DNA from: a virus
Lineage: Duplodnaviria > Caudoviricetes
Length of the DNA stretch: 31,539 nucleotides
Strand: one strand, 5' to 3'
IMG/VR virus record: IMGVR_UViG_3300046010_010811
Coordinates: 1 to 31,539 of that record
Shown one piece after another: positions 24,401-31,539 of the stretch. The translations under genes were made by a program, and so were the position numbers. Position 1 is the first letter of the stretch. The number at the start of each line of letters is the position of its first letter. The notes under the pieces were generated by a model. That model worked only from the letters and a program-made list of their open reading frames with translations, made no database searches and was not told the DNA's origin.

Positions 24401-26973
24401 CCACCAAGCCCGCCAAAACCGACAAGCAGAAGGCCGATATCCAAGCCAAGATCACCGAGGCCGGTCAGTTGCAAGGCGAGGTGGACAAACTCCGCCGCGA
24501 CTCCACTACCGCAGCCATCGTCGGCAATAAAGACCTCATCAAATCCTCGCTCCCCGCCGGAGTCGATGCCGTGCAGGTCAACATCGCCATCCGCGAAGCC
24601 ATCCTCGGCGCACCCACGCCGCTGGCCGCCCAAGCCGCCACCTCATCCATCCTCACCGGCCAAGGTCTTTCAGACAAAGGAGCCGCCCGCATCGCAGGCA
24701 GCATCGTCCGCGACTTCCTCAAGACCACGCAGGACACCCGCGCCACCGTCCTCCAAGACCTCCTCGCTACCGCCGATTCCGACCGCCGCCTGGATAAATC
24801 CAAGCTCGGCTCCCTCATTCGCCTCAACCGCGAAGGCAAGCTCACCGATGCCAGCCTCCACGCAGGCATGGCCAAGATGCTTGGCATCCCGCACTGGAGC
24901 GCCGAGCACAGCGCCAAGGTCCGCCGCATCCTCGCCCAGCACGAGAAAGCCACCGACCCCCGCATCAAGCTCGTCAAGGCCGCCGAAGCCCTCGATGTCG
25001 TTTACCGCGACTTCATGCCGCCAGGCTTCCTCGATAAAGTGGACACCATCCAGACCATTGGCATGTTGCTGAACCCAAAAACGCCGATACGAAATGTCAT
25101 TGGCAACGCTCTCATGGCTGGGGCCGACCTCGCTGCCGATACCGTCTCCGTGCCTATGGATGCCTTGGTTTCCCTGGGCACCGGCGAGCGCACCCGCACC
25201 GGCCTTTCACTCGGTGAACGCATCATGGGTCTCGGAGCCGGAGTAGGCGACATCAAGGCAGGCTACGACTTCGCCCGCTCCGAAGGCCGTGGCCGCATGG
25301 GAAGCATCGCCGAGGGCGTCGATACGCTGGTCCGCCTCGGCCGCCTGCAATCCTCGGGCAAATACAACGCCTCCGACATCTCCGCCCTTAGCGGCCCCAC
25401 CTTCACCGCTCCCGTCCTTCGCCAACTGGAATCCACTCTTGGCCTCGTCCTCTCTATCTCAGACCGTGGCTTTTACGAATCTGCCTTTCGAGCCAGCCTC
25501 GACACCCGCATGAAAGCTGCCGCAGCAAATGGCACCCCTATGCTTGCCCCTGATCCAGATATGGTCACAGCCGCCCGCATGGATGCTGGCCGCGCTATTT
25601 ACCAAGACCCCAATCTTGCCAGCCGCACGCTCGGCAACCTGCGCCGAGTCCTCAATTTCAATCAACGATGGGGCATCGGCTCCCTGCTGATGAAATTTAC
25701 CCAAGTCCCCGGATCGATCCTCACCCGCGCCGTGGAATTTTCACCCTTTGGATTCATCAACACCGCCTACCAAAGCCTCGCGCCGATGCTCTCCAACTCC
25801 CGCGAGTTTGACCAAAAAGCCTTTACCGACTCCTTCTCCCGCGCCCTCGTCGGCACCACCGGCCTCGTCGCCACCGGCTACTGGCTCGCCCACCTCGGCA
25901 TCATCTCCGCTGGCGGCGACTCAAAAGACGAAGACAAACGCAACCTTAACCGCGCCACCGGCTGGGGGTCCTACAAACTCAACACCAGCGCCCTCAAACG
26001 AGCCCTCATGACCGGCAACTTCTGGACCCCTCAGAAACAGCAGCGCGACGACATGGTAATCGGCTACGATTGGGCGCAGCCTCTTTCCATTGGCGTCGCC
26101 ATGGGTGCCTACTCCCGCGAAAATCAAGAAGCCATCAAGCAAGACATCCTCGCAGGTAAGAAGCAAAGCCTCGCCGCCACCGGCCTCAACTGGCTCGCCT
26201 ACGCAGGCGGAGCCGCCACCGGAGCCATGAACTCCCTCGTCGAGCAACCCCTCCTCACCGGCCTTAATCAATTCGCCCGCGATGTCGGCTACGACAACAT
26301 CCCCGGCGCTCTCCTCAAAACCGCCGCCGACGCCCCCGGCACCTTCATCCCCACCGCCGCCCGGCAATGGATGCAACTCACCGACAACGCCGTCCGCGAA
26401 ACCCGCGACAGCTCCCCAGCTCGCCAATTCATCAACGAACTCAAGGCGCAACTCCCCGGCCAAAGCCAAACCCTCCCGCCGAAATACGACATCACCGGCC
26501 AACCCATCGAGCGTTGGGCCAAGGACAGCAACACGCTCTTCAATGTCCTCTTCAATCCCTCGATGGTCTCCTACATCAAAGGCAGCCCTGCGCTCACCGA
26601 GATGAGCAAGGTTTACAAATACACCGCCGAGGCCGGAGCCATCCCGAACCAGGTTAAACCGGAGTTCACCCTCGAAGGCGTCAAGGTCCGCCTCAGCTCC
26701 GAAGAGATCAGTGCCATGCAGAAAGACATGGGAGCCCTCAGCATCGCCGCGCTGGAGAAATTCGTCCTCTCCGATCCCCGCTACGACAAAGCCACATGGG
26801 ACATCAAAGCCAAAGCAATGACCCGCGCCTTGGAGAAAGCCGCCACCGCCGCCAAATACCGCATCCTCCTCGCCCGCCCCGACCTCAAGACCCGCGCCAA
26901 GCAAGAATACGAAGCTGCCATAGCCGCCGACGCCGCCACCCAAGCCGAAATGGTCGCAGCAGACGGGCCGTGA
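21409..26973 (+). CDS. Giant internal virion/ejection protein (large polyvalent protein-like) with ART-like insert
   Basis: 1854 aa; Gly/Ala-rich membrane-like segments, Pro-rich linkers, long helical C-half ending ...ELKAQLPG.SQTLPPKYDITGQPI; last gene of the virion operon. Confidence 0.7.
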   Translation: MALNPLLDIIRSSGSSARAGALAIDQDTALPEQVEVPYPQSDLVGALDSMDLTEDAPQDVAANEAPAEPAPLPKGNPLMDIIRGNAPAAPTLPKGNPLLDVIQANEAATQQAVAEATTPAENLPVLKSDLANALGVLDYRDPEEGQRRQQATAMGEILGLPEYEKVQLGAAPVNADGTVTIRRAQAVSPQANAAAAKQLANMQTMAAGEMLVEESPKEVGSLQGIANAAQNAFDSARQALMATDGLDENDASQIARIEYNKAARRVAPGYAAYQQAEGWDAAKAFAKNPFEVTANIITEGLAGSWPALASGLATGATTALATGAAGSVVPGVGNVIGAGGGFTAGMVGGTAAGSFATEYGSKILEELQTAGMNPKNPESIAKFFSNETLMAEAKDAALKRGVPVAAFDALSAGIAGRVGSVFRAAAKTPVRLAVTEGVIQGGLGGAGEVAGSVAAGDPVNPKAVFGEVIGEVGPAAIEIAAGRQAAAPAEVPQNFTPISSPAPSAPTGQPPRTLGQVRAPEIPIDQTALDEAFGSTFAPPPEVSNDTFAPPAAVNPQVNPPDAAPAEAPAPEVAPAQVTLWRAERRVGDIKEGKSLGTFLTSSEDTAYSLADMQGEVEQVDVQIAKPLIIPSGENNNELYFDSQQVNGILKNAGVKYRVDPRYGYDEFWRILDSEGPKMVNAIKKAGYDSIQYPEFLGRQNQTTTLLLQHEREGQQFKSKLAAPIPPNTSTAPAAASGAPEPTGSPDLITGEGASVSPTAVLPSPETTPAATAPRPFSEIMAENMKRKGEAGYIDFGVVQDFGQSIYQAGMDFAAWSGRMVQKFGETIRDVLSSLWQAVSGGQYLPQARERGSVNISPGTGPKPRKFGQSLQAAPGVAPEVKSRLTSLDYDPVSNAQTLANARARIDSAGSIDTAFTDLMGKPAIEGWQPTAEDYATGMELMAQLQNRSRHADAASIANMMATRATDQGRAIQALSMIGRLGPQGIELFAQSQLQAAATKPAKTDKQKADIQAKITEAGQLQGEVDKLRRDSTTAAIVGNKDLIKSSLPAGVDAVQVNIAIREAILGAPTPLAAQAATSSILTGQGLSDKGAARIAGSIVRDFLKTTQDTRATVLQDLLATADSDRRLDKSKLGSLIRLNREGKLTDASLHAGMAKMLGIPHWSAEHSAKVRRILAQHEKATDPRIKLVKAAEALDVVYRDFMPPGFLDKVDTIQTIGMLLNPKTPIRNVIGNALMAGADLAADTVSVPMDALVSLGTGERTRTGLSLGERIMGLGAGVGDIKAGYDFARSEGRGRMGSIAEGVDTLVRLGRLQSSGKYNASDISALSGPTFTAPVLRQLESTLGLVLSISDRGFYESAFRASLDTRMKAAAANGTPMLAPDPDMVTAARMDAGRAIYQDPNLASRTLGNLRRVLNFNQRWGIGSLLMKFTQVPGSILTRAVEFSPFGFINTAYQSLAPMLSNSREFDQKAFTDSFSRALVGTTGLVATGYWLAHLGIISAGGDSKDEDKRNLNRATGWGSYKLNTSALKRALMTGNFWTPQKQQRDDMVIGYDWAQPLSIGVAMGAYSRENQEAIKQDILAGKKQSLAATGLNWLAYAGGAATGAMNSLVEQPLLTGLNQFARDVGYDNIPGALLKTAADAPGTFIPTAARQWMQLTDNAVRETRDSSPARQFINELKAQLPGQSQTLPPKYDITGQPIERWAKDSNTLFNVLFNPSMVSYIKGSPALTEMSKVYKYTAEAGAIPNQVKPEFTLEGVKVRLSSEEISAMQKDMGALSIAALEKFVLSDPRYDKATWDIKAKAMTRALEKAATAAKYRILLARPDLKTRAKQEYEAAIAADAATQAEMVAADGP

Positions 26974-26984
26974 TTTTTGCACAC

Positions 26985-27016
26985 CCCCTCGGCCAGATTT
27001 TTCCAGCGCCGAGGGG
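26985..27016. terminator. Hairpin between convergent genes
   Basis: CCCCTCGGC (26985-26993) / GCCGAGGGG (27008-27016); no good U tract on either strand. Confidence 0.4.
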
Positions 27017-27018
27017 AA

Positions 27019-28149
27019 TTACAGCGGCTTCGGGCGGTCCAGCAGGCCGAAGTAGTGAGCCTCCACCACGGCGATGCTATCCCGCAGGAGCTTGGCAGCG
27101 GTTTCGATCCCATTGCGCTCGACAATGGCAGAGCCAAATTCTTTCCGCAGGTTGTAAGCCCCCTTGCTGCCGTCGGGAATAAACCGCCGCACAAATTTGT
27201 TAATATCGTAATGCGTGAGGTTGTAGGCGTCCGCGTCGCTTGTCCTCGGGATCACAAAATCGCCCTCATCTCCAAGCGCGGCGCGAATCAATCTCATAAG
27301 GCGGGGGTTGAACGGCACGCGCCCGTATTTTTTGTTTTTGGATTTCCAATTTGCCCGCCGCAGCATGGCTATGTGAACTTGGTTATCTTTGGACTCAACC
27401 CAGCTCCACTCCAAAACCTCCACCTCACTGTTACGCAGCCCAGCCTTGCGCATTAGCCAGTAGATGGCCCATACGCGCTTATTTTGACGCCGCAGCGGGA
27501 TCCGCGCCGCCCGATCCATAGCACGCATCACCTCACGGTCCACCGGATCATAAGCCTGGTCTGGAGCAGCAACGCCCGCGACGCTCCAGAACTCCTCCAG
27601 ATTTGGCAGCTTGAGATCCTTGAATAGGTAAAATCTTTTGCGGGCCACGATGCTCTTGATCGTCTGAACATCCGTGTGAATCCCGCTCTCCGAACGCAAT
27701 TCATCTTCCGCTCCTTTTTTCTTTGTCTTGGTCTTTTTCTGCACCTCAATCCATCCTCGCAGCGCCGCTGCCGTCAGCACCTGGTGCGTGCTCTGCTCTT
27801 CCCAATCCTGCCGCCCCGTCACCTCGCGCACAAAAGCCGCAAACCGGCTCAAACTTTTCGTCGCCGATTTCTCGGGGCCATGCTCCTTGTAAATCGCCGC
27901 CACCTCCCCACACTTTGCATAGCCCGGCCGCTTCACCACCGCCGCAAGCTGGTGCTCATCCTTCGAGCGCAGCGCCGCCGCCAGCTTCTCAGCCGCCCGC
28001 ATCGCCTGCTTGCGCCCCGCTTCGCTGTAAGTCGTCACGCCCGTGGAAAACTTCTTGGGCTGGCCATCAATCTGCACGCGGTAATACCAAGCCGGATGCC
28101 GCCCCGCCTCCTCCCGCCAATAAACCGAAACCTCGTTATGCCGTCTCAT
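27019..28149 (-). CDS. int: Tyrosine recombinase / phage integrase
   Basis: 376 aa; N-terminal arm-binding-like WYYRVQIDG; AGLRNSE (Arg I), KSKNKK, YNLRKEFG (Arg II), VVEAHY (Tyr); adjacent to att core. Confidence 0.85.
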   Translation of the reverse strand: MRRHNEVSVYWREEAGRHPAWYYRVQIDGQPKKFSTGVTTYSEAGRKQAMRAAEKLAAALRSKDEHQLAAVVKRPGYAKCGEVAAIYKEHGPEKSATKSLSRFAAFVREVTGRQDWEEQSTHQVLTAAALRGWIEVQKKTKTKKKGAEDELRSESGIHTDVQTIKSIVARKRFYLFKDLKLPNLEEFWSVAGVAAPDQAYDPVDREVMRAMDRAARIPLRRQNKRVWAIYWLMRKAGLRNSEVEVLEWSWVESKDNQVHIAMLRRANWKSKNKKYGRVPFNPRLMRLIRAALGDEGDFVIPRTSDADAYNLTHYDINKFVRRFIPDGSKGAYNLRKEFGSAIVERNGIETAAKLLRDSIAVVEAHYFGLLDRPKPL

Positions 28150-28152
28150 ATC

Positions 28153-28395
28153 GCGGGGACAACCTTAAGCGGGGACAACTTTGGGGTCAACTGGGACGCG
28201 AAAATACAGCAATGCTGACGATGCTGGTCGTGCAACAGGAAACCTGAGAAAGCCCGCAGAAGCAGGCTGGAAGCGGGTTTGCAGAGGGAGAGGAAGTGCA
28301 GCCATGAGGAGTCGAACCTCAAACCTTCTGATCCGTAGGTAGTCATTGTTTTATTGGTGATCATGGGGTTATGGGAAAGGGGGACAACTTTGGGG
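28153..28395. repeat. Integrase arm-type direct repeats (GGGGACAAC)
   Basis: GCGGGGACAAC at 28153 and 28169, GGGGTCAAC at 28183; exact 16-mer GGGGACAACTTTGGGG at 28171-28186 and 28380-28395, on both sides of the tRNA fragment. Confidence 0.75.
28297..28338 (-). other. attP core: 3' half of tRNA-Arg(ACG)
   Basis: Minus strand CTACGGA-TCAGA-AGGTT-TGAGG-TTCGACT-CCTCA-TGGCTGC-A = anticodon loop, 3' anticodon stem, variable loop, T arm, 3' acceptor strand; 5' half absent. Confidence 0.85.
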
Positions 28396-28473
28396 ACGGG
28401 TGGGGTTTAACCTTCTGAGTGTGGTTAGAAGTTTTCATTCAATAAGTTACGCTCGATTTTTGGGTTTTTGGCG

Positions 28474-28710
28474 TCACATTTTGATTTGGCGGCGTTCTTC
28501 GTCGGTGGGTTCTTCTGGTCGGCCGGTGGCTTGGTTGAGTTGTTGGCGGATCCAGGCGCTGAGGCGTTGGGGGTGGGCGGCGCGGATCCAGGCGCTCTTT
28601 TCTTCGGGCCAGCAGAAGAATTGGATTTTGGCGGTCATGTTTTCCAGCTCGGGGTTGCGGGCGTTGTGGCGGTTGTTGGCGTTGCCGTGTGGTTCGATGT
28701 CGGGTGTCAT
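28474..28710 (-). CDS. Small putative DNA-binding protein (ribbon-helix-helix-like; possible excision factor)
   Basis: 78 aa; KIQFFCWPEEKSAWIRAA...LSAWIRQQL strand-helix-helix pattern; next to attP. Confidence 0.5.
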   Translation of the reverse strand: MTPDIEPHGNANNRHNARNPELENMTAKIQFFCWPEEKSAWIRAAHPQRLSAWIRQQLNQATGRPEEPTDEERRQIKM

Positions 28711-28880
28711 TGGTTAAATGGGATGGGATGTTTCAAAAGGATTTTCTCGGCGGCGCGCATGGCTTGGGCGAGGTATGCGAGGTTGGCGGCGAGGGTGTCT
28801 GGGTTTTTAATGTCGCTCAAGACCAGTTTTGCGGTGTCGGTGAGCAGCGCCAAGGCGTTGTAGAGTTTGAGGGTTTCCAT
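28707..28880 (-). CDS. Hypothetical protein (57 aa, not in the ORF track)
   Basis: METLKLYNALALLTDTAKLVLSDIKNPDTLAANLAYLAQAMRAAEKILLKHPIPFNQ; ATGA overlap with the downstream gene. Confidence 0.6.
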   Translation of the reverse strand: METLKLYNALALLTDTAKLVLSDIKNPDTLAANLAYLAQAMRAAEKILLKHPIPFNQ

Positions 28881-28942
28881 GGTTTCGGTGCCGGATGCCG
28901 TCCGGCGCGGGTTGAGTTTTTATGGGGTGGGTTGGTTGGGGT

Positions 28943-29137
28943 TCAATTTTCGCGGCTATCCGCCTGGTTGTAGTTCGGCTCGGGGGTAATTACCGGCTGG
29001 CCATCCACCAGGGCGGGCAGGATTTCGGCGTCGTCGGCGGCCAGCTCGGCCGCCGTAGTGACGCCGGGCTCGATGTCGAGACGGGCAAGCGCCGCCTCCA
29101 TCGAGGAGGCGGCGCGGTTGAGTTGCTCGGGGGTCAT
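28943..29137 (-). CDS. Hypothetical protein (64 aa)
   Basis: MTPEQLNRAA...; ATGA-coupled to the upstream gene. Confidence 0.55.
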   Translation of the reverse strand: MTPEQLNRAASSMEAALARLDIEPGVTTAAELAADDAEILPALVDGQPVITPEPNYNQADSREN

Positions 29138-29286
29138 GGCTTGGGCCTTGGGTAATAACCGGCGGGCGTGTCAACCTGAGTAAAGTTTGGGTTTTTCTGC
29201 ATGATTTCGGCGGCCTGCTCTGGGGTGATTTTCTTTGAGACAACGGCCCGCGTGCCGATGGTTTGGAATTTGATTTCGGTTTTCAT
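29134..29286 (-). CDS. Hypothetical protein (50 aa)
   Basis: MKTEIKFQTIG...YYPRPKP from ATG 29286; ATGA overlaps at both ends. Confidence 0.55.
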   Translation of the reverse strand: MKTEIKFQTIGTRAVVSKKITPEQAAEIMQKNPNFTQVDTPAGYYPRPKP

Positions 29287-29726
29287 TTTGCGTCCTCCAA
29301 CTCTTTTAAAGCGGAATTGAGCGGAAAAGGCCGCCCTTTCCATTTAAATTCGCCGCTCTCGCCTGCTTCTAATTCGCAATCGAGCGCGTCCTTAAGGTCA
29401 ATACGCAATTTGGCCGCCGCATTTTTGGCAGTTTGGAAAACACGCCTCCGTGTGGTTTCAAATCGGGCGTTTAAATCCAACACTTCAACTCTTCCGTCGG
29501 GTAAGAGTTGGCAATGTATATGCGGATCAACAATGATGGTTTTCATTTTGTGCGTTGGTTTGGTTGGTTTTTTGGTTTGTGTCAATAGTCCGTCGAATTC
29601 CATGTCAGCAATGCCCTGGGCGTCGCTGGTGTCGCAACCTTCGGCTTCGAGTTCTTCGACTCGGGCGACATAGGCGGCGTGCTGGGGGCTGGCTTCGTGG
29701 CAGGCTGGTAGTGCTGTGGTGCTCAT
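29283..29726 (-). CDS. Hypothetical protein (147 aa; possibly two fused small genes)
   Basis: Acidic N-half, A/C-rich linker, internal Met (MKTIIVDP). Confidence 0.55.
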   Translation of the reverse strand: MSTTALPACHEASPQHAAYVARVEELEAEGCDTSDAQGIADMEFDGLLTQTKKPTKPTHKMKTIIVDPHIHCQLLPDGRVEVLDLNARFETTRRRVFQTAKNAAAKLRIDLKDALDCELEAGESGEFKWKGRPFPLNSALKELEDAK

Positions 29727-29770
29727 GTTTTGAAAGGTGGCGCGGGGATCGGACCCGCGCCGGGTTGAGA

Positions 29771-30637
29771 TTAGGCGGCTTTCAGTTTCTTCATTTCCTC
29801 AGCCAAGGCCCACAGGGCGCGGTTGATGTTGGTGTTTTGGTCGATGCCTCCGACTTCGCGGGTGCGGCGGCGGGCTACGAGGCGGCCGTTTTCGTTGCGT
29901 TGGTTGTAACGCAGGCCGCCACGGATAAGGTTTTCCTGCACGGCGTTGAGGGTGTTCCACATGGTAGGGGCTGCGTCCTCATGTCGGCGGAGGGTCAAGA
30001 CCTGATCGGCGGTGACGGGTGCGGGCTTGTCGGCGTCGTCGTATTTGGCGACCAGGGCGGCGCGGGCGAATGCTTGGCGCTCGCCTTCGGTGAGCCGGAG
30101 GGCGGCCATCTCGTTGACGCTCTCGGAGACCTCGGGGAGCCGGTCGAGGATGCTGATGCAACCTTCGATGACTTGGCCCTCGATGTTTCCTTTGTGGGGG
30201 ATGCGGATGTCGTCGATGAGGTTTTGAGCTACTACCATGCCGTTGCCGCAGATGAGGCGGAAAACTCCGGCCATGAGGCGGTATGAGGAGGTGCCGTCAT
30301 GGGAGTTGAGTAGGACGATCTCGTTATGCGTGCCGCCGACCTGGAGGGGCTGGCTGTCGTGGCGGAGGCGCAAAAGGTGCTTTGTGAAGCCGCGTTTTTC
30401 TTCTTCTCTGCTGCCTCCCTGCATGACGGCGTAAGGGCGGAAGCCTTCACGGGCAAGGCCGGTGAGGATTTCGCTCGTTGGGATGTATTTGTAAGCTGCT
30501 GACCGGCTGTTGTGGGCCTGCTCGGCGAACACCGAAGGGGCGATCTGGCGGAGTTGGTCGAATGGGATGGAGCCGTTGCGGCTGGTGTAGTTCACTGCGC
30601 CGTTGCTGCGGGTGCGGGCAAATCGTGTGATTGTCAT
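29771..30637 (-). CDS. DUF932 (DUF945) family protein
   Basis: 288 aa; APSVFAE..H.SRS..Y.YIPT, KHLLRLR, EIVLLNSHDGTSSY...AGVFRLICGNG, WNTLNAVQENL, NRALW. Confidence 0.88.
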   Translation of the reverse strand: MTITRFARTRSNGAVNYTSRNGSIPFDQLRQIAPSVFAEQAHNSRSAAYKYIPTSEILTGLAREGFRPYAVMQGGSREEEKRGFTKHLLRLRHDSQPLQVGGTHNEIVLLNSHDGTSSYRLMAGVFRLICGNGMVVAQNLIDDIRIPHKGNIEGQVIEGCISILDRLPEVSESVNEMAALRLTEGERQAFARAALVAKYDDADKPAPVTADQVLTLRRHEDAAPTMWNTLNAVQENLIRGGLRYNQRNENGRLVARRRTREVGGIDQNTNINRALWALAEEMKKLKAA

Positions 30638-30652
30638 AATATGGGGCCTTTC

Positions 30653-30826
30653 TTAGATGGTTGGGTTGAGGGTGGCGGCAAATCCGGCGAATGCCAGGAA
30701 GAGGGCGAGGCCGCCGATAAATGCGGCGGGGCCGTGGGTGAGGGTGAAAGCCGCGCCGAGGGCGAGGCTGAGGATGGAGGCGGTGGCGAGTGCGACCGCT
30801 ACGGCTTTTTCGATTTTTTGGATCAT
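30653..30826 (-). CDS. Small two-TM membrane protein (57 aa)
   Basis: MIQKIEKAVAVALATASILSLALGAAFTLTHGPAAFIGGLALFLAFAGFAATLNPTI from ATG 30826. Confidence 0.6.
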   Translation of the reverse strand: MIQKIEKAVAVALATASILSLALGAAFTLTHGPAAFIGGLALFLAFAGFAATLNPTI

Positions 30827-30912
30827 TTGTTTCTGTGTCAGATACCGTCTGACGCGGTTTTTTGGTGCCGGTTGCCGACCGACTCGGGCGGGCCGTTGGT
30901 GGCCTGCGGAAA

Positions 30913-30980
30913 TGAACCTACGGAGGTTCAGAATGGAGTGCAAGAATTATTTTTATTTTTTTGAAAATATTTTTTTAGAA
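30913..30980 (-). promoter_or_regulatory. Sigma70-like leftward promoter with UP element and overlapping palindromic operator
   Basis: Minus strand TTGCAC (30943-30938) - 17 bp - TAGGTT (30920-30915), A/T tract upstream; palindrome TGAACCT-N4-AGGTTCA at 30913-30930. Confidence 0.6.
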
Positions 30981-31024
30981 AGTGCTTGACACTTGCGGAG
31001 GCTGATAAAATGGTGCTCTGCGGG

Positions 31025-31447
31025 TCACGGCGTTTTCTTTTGCGTGAGTTTTTTATTTTGTGCGGCGATGATTTCGAGGAGGGGATTGCGGGCTGCGGGG
31101 CAAATGATGGCGATGCGTTGGGGTGGCAATTCGTCGGCCATGAATAGCTCGGCGGCGCGGGCTCCGTTGGGCCAGCGGGCGCGGAAAATGTGGGCGTTTG
31201 CGCCGGTGTTTGGCCAGATGGGGCGGCCTCCTATTCCAAGCCGGGGCGTGATGGTGAGCGTGACGGGTGAGCTGCCGAGAACATTTCCGTTCCAGTCCAC
31301 AAGGCCGCCCGCCGGGCTTGTCTCAATAAGAATTTCCATGGGAGTAGGCGAGGGAAGCGGAGCGGGCCGCCAGATTGGCTCAGGCTCAGGGCTGGCGCAG
31401 GCTGCCAGGAGTAAAGTAAAGCAGCATATTGTTAATGTGTTTTTCAT
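31025..31447 (-). CDS. Lipoprotein with PEGA-like domain
   Basis: MKN + hydrophobic stretch + LAAC lipobox; Pro-rich linker; ILIETSPAGGLVDWNGNVLGSSPVTL matches the PEGA pattern. Confidence 0.65.
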   Translation of the reverse strand: MKNTLTICCFTLLLAACASPEPEPIWRPAPLPSPTPMEILIETSPAGGLVDWNGNVLGSSPVTLTITPRLGIGGRPIWPNTGANAHIFRARWPNGARAAELFMADELPPQRIAIICPAARNPLLEIIAAQNKKLTQKKTP

Positions 31448-31539
31448 TTTAATAATGTTGTAAAGCTAACAAAATAAATGTGATAGCTACCCCCCCCCCC
31501 CGCGTTCCGGTGGGGGGGTGTGGTTGTGGGTGTGCCCGA

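Larger units (their letters stand above)
1..31539. mobile_element. Temperate bacteriophage genome segment (podovirus-like virion module, integrase/attP, early genes)
   Basis: Capsid, portal, fibre, lysis and integrase genes; no tape-measure or sheath genes; phage-type genes on both sides of a tRNA-derived att core; no host genes. Confidence 0.93.

Noticed and set aside
113-27456. Many long antisense and alternate-frame ORFs in the track (e.g. 2474..3634-, 5985..7025-, 17375..18319-, 25921..26982-, 26977..27456+)
   Set aside because: They overlap well-supported genes, lack motifs and are expected shadows of GC-rich biased codon usage.
28260-28380. Complete tRNA-Arg gene
   Set aside because: Only the anticodon loop through acceptor 3' strand is present; upstream bases cannot form the anticodon stem, D arm or acceptor stem.
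28153-28395. CRISPR array from the GGGGACAAC repeats
   Set aside because: Repeats are 9-16 bp, irregularly spaced, with no cas genes; arm-type sites explain them better.
12346-31002. 10-mer AGCCTCCGCA shared in inverted orientation after TTGACA at 12346 and near 30993
   Set aside because: A single 10-bp match in 31 kb of GC-rich DNA can arise by chance.
31490-31520. Poly-C / poly-G hairpin at the window end
   Set aside because: Homopolymer runs may be miscalled and the context is truncated; no function can be supported.

Overview
The whole window reads as part of a GC-rich temperate phage genome with a short-tail (podovirus-like) virion module. No host housekeeping genes are present. The + strand (1-26973) is one tightly coupled late operon: acidic scaffold, major capsid, portal, head-tail adaptor, several modular fibre proteins, a lysis cassette, a metallophosphoesterase, a tail nozzle, a fibre with an S74 chaperone, and internal/ejection proteins. 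The - strand (27019-31447) carries a tyrosine integrase beside an intact attP (3' half of tRNA-Arg(ACG) flanked by repeated arm-type sites) and small early genes including DUF932. The standout is a closely coupled cassette inside the virion genes: SET-domain methyltransferase, a 968-aa Gln/Asn/Ala-rich probable ejection protein (Met-Ser/Gly repeat N-terminus, a single Lys, CFI-box-like C-terminus), YcaO and TfuA. This looks like a phage-encoded thioamidation/methylation system with no free-standing RiPP precursor, and it may modify a virion protein. The 1854-aa ejection protein also carries an AT-rich insert resembling an ADP-ribosyltransferase domain. All family calls come from reading motifs by eye; no searches were run.
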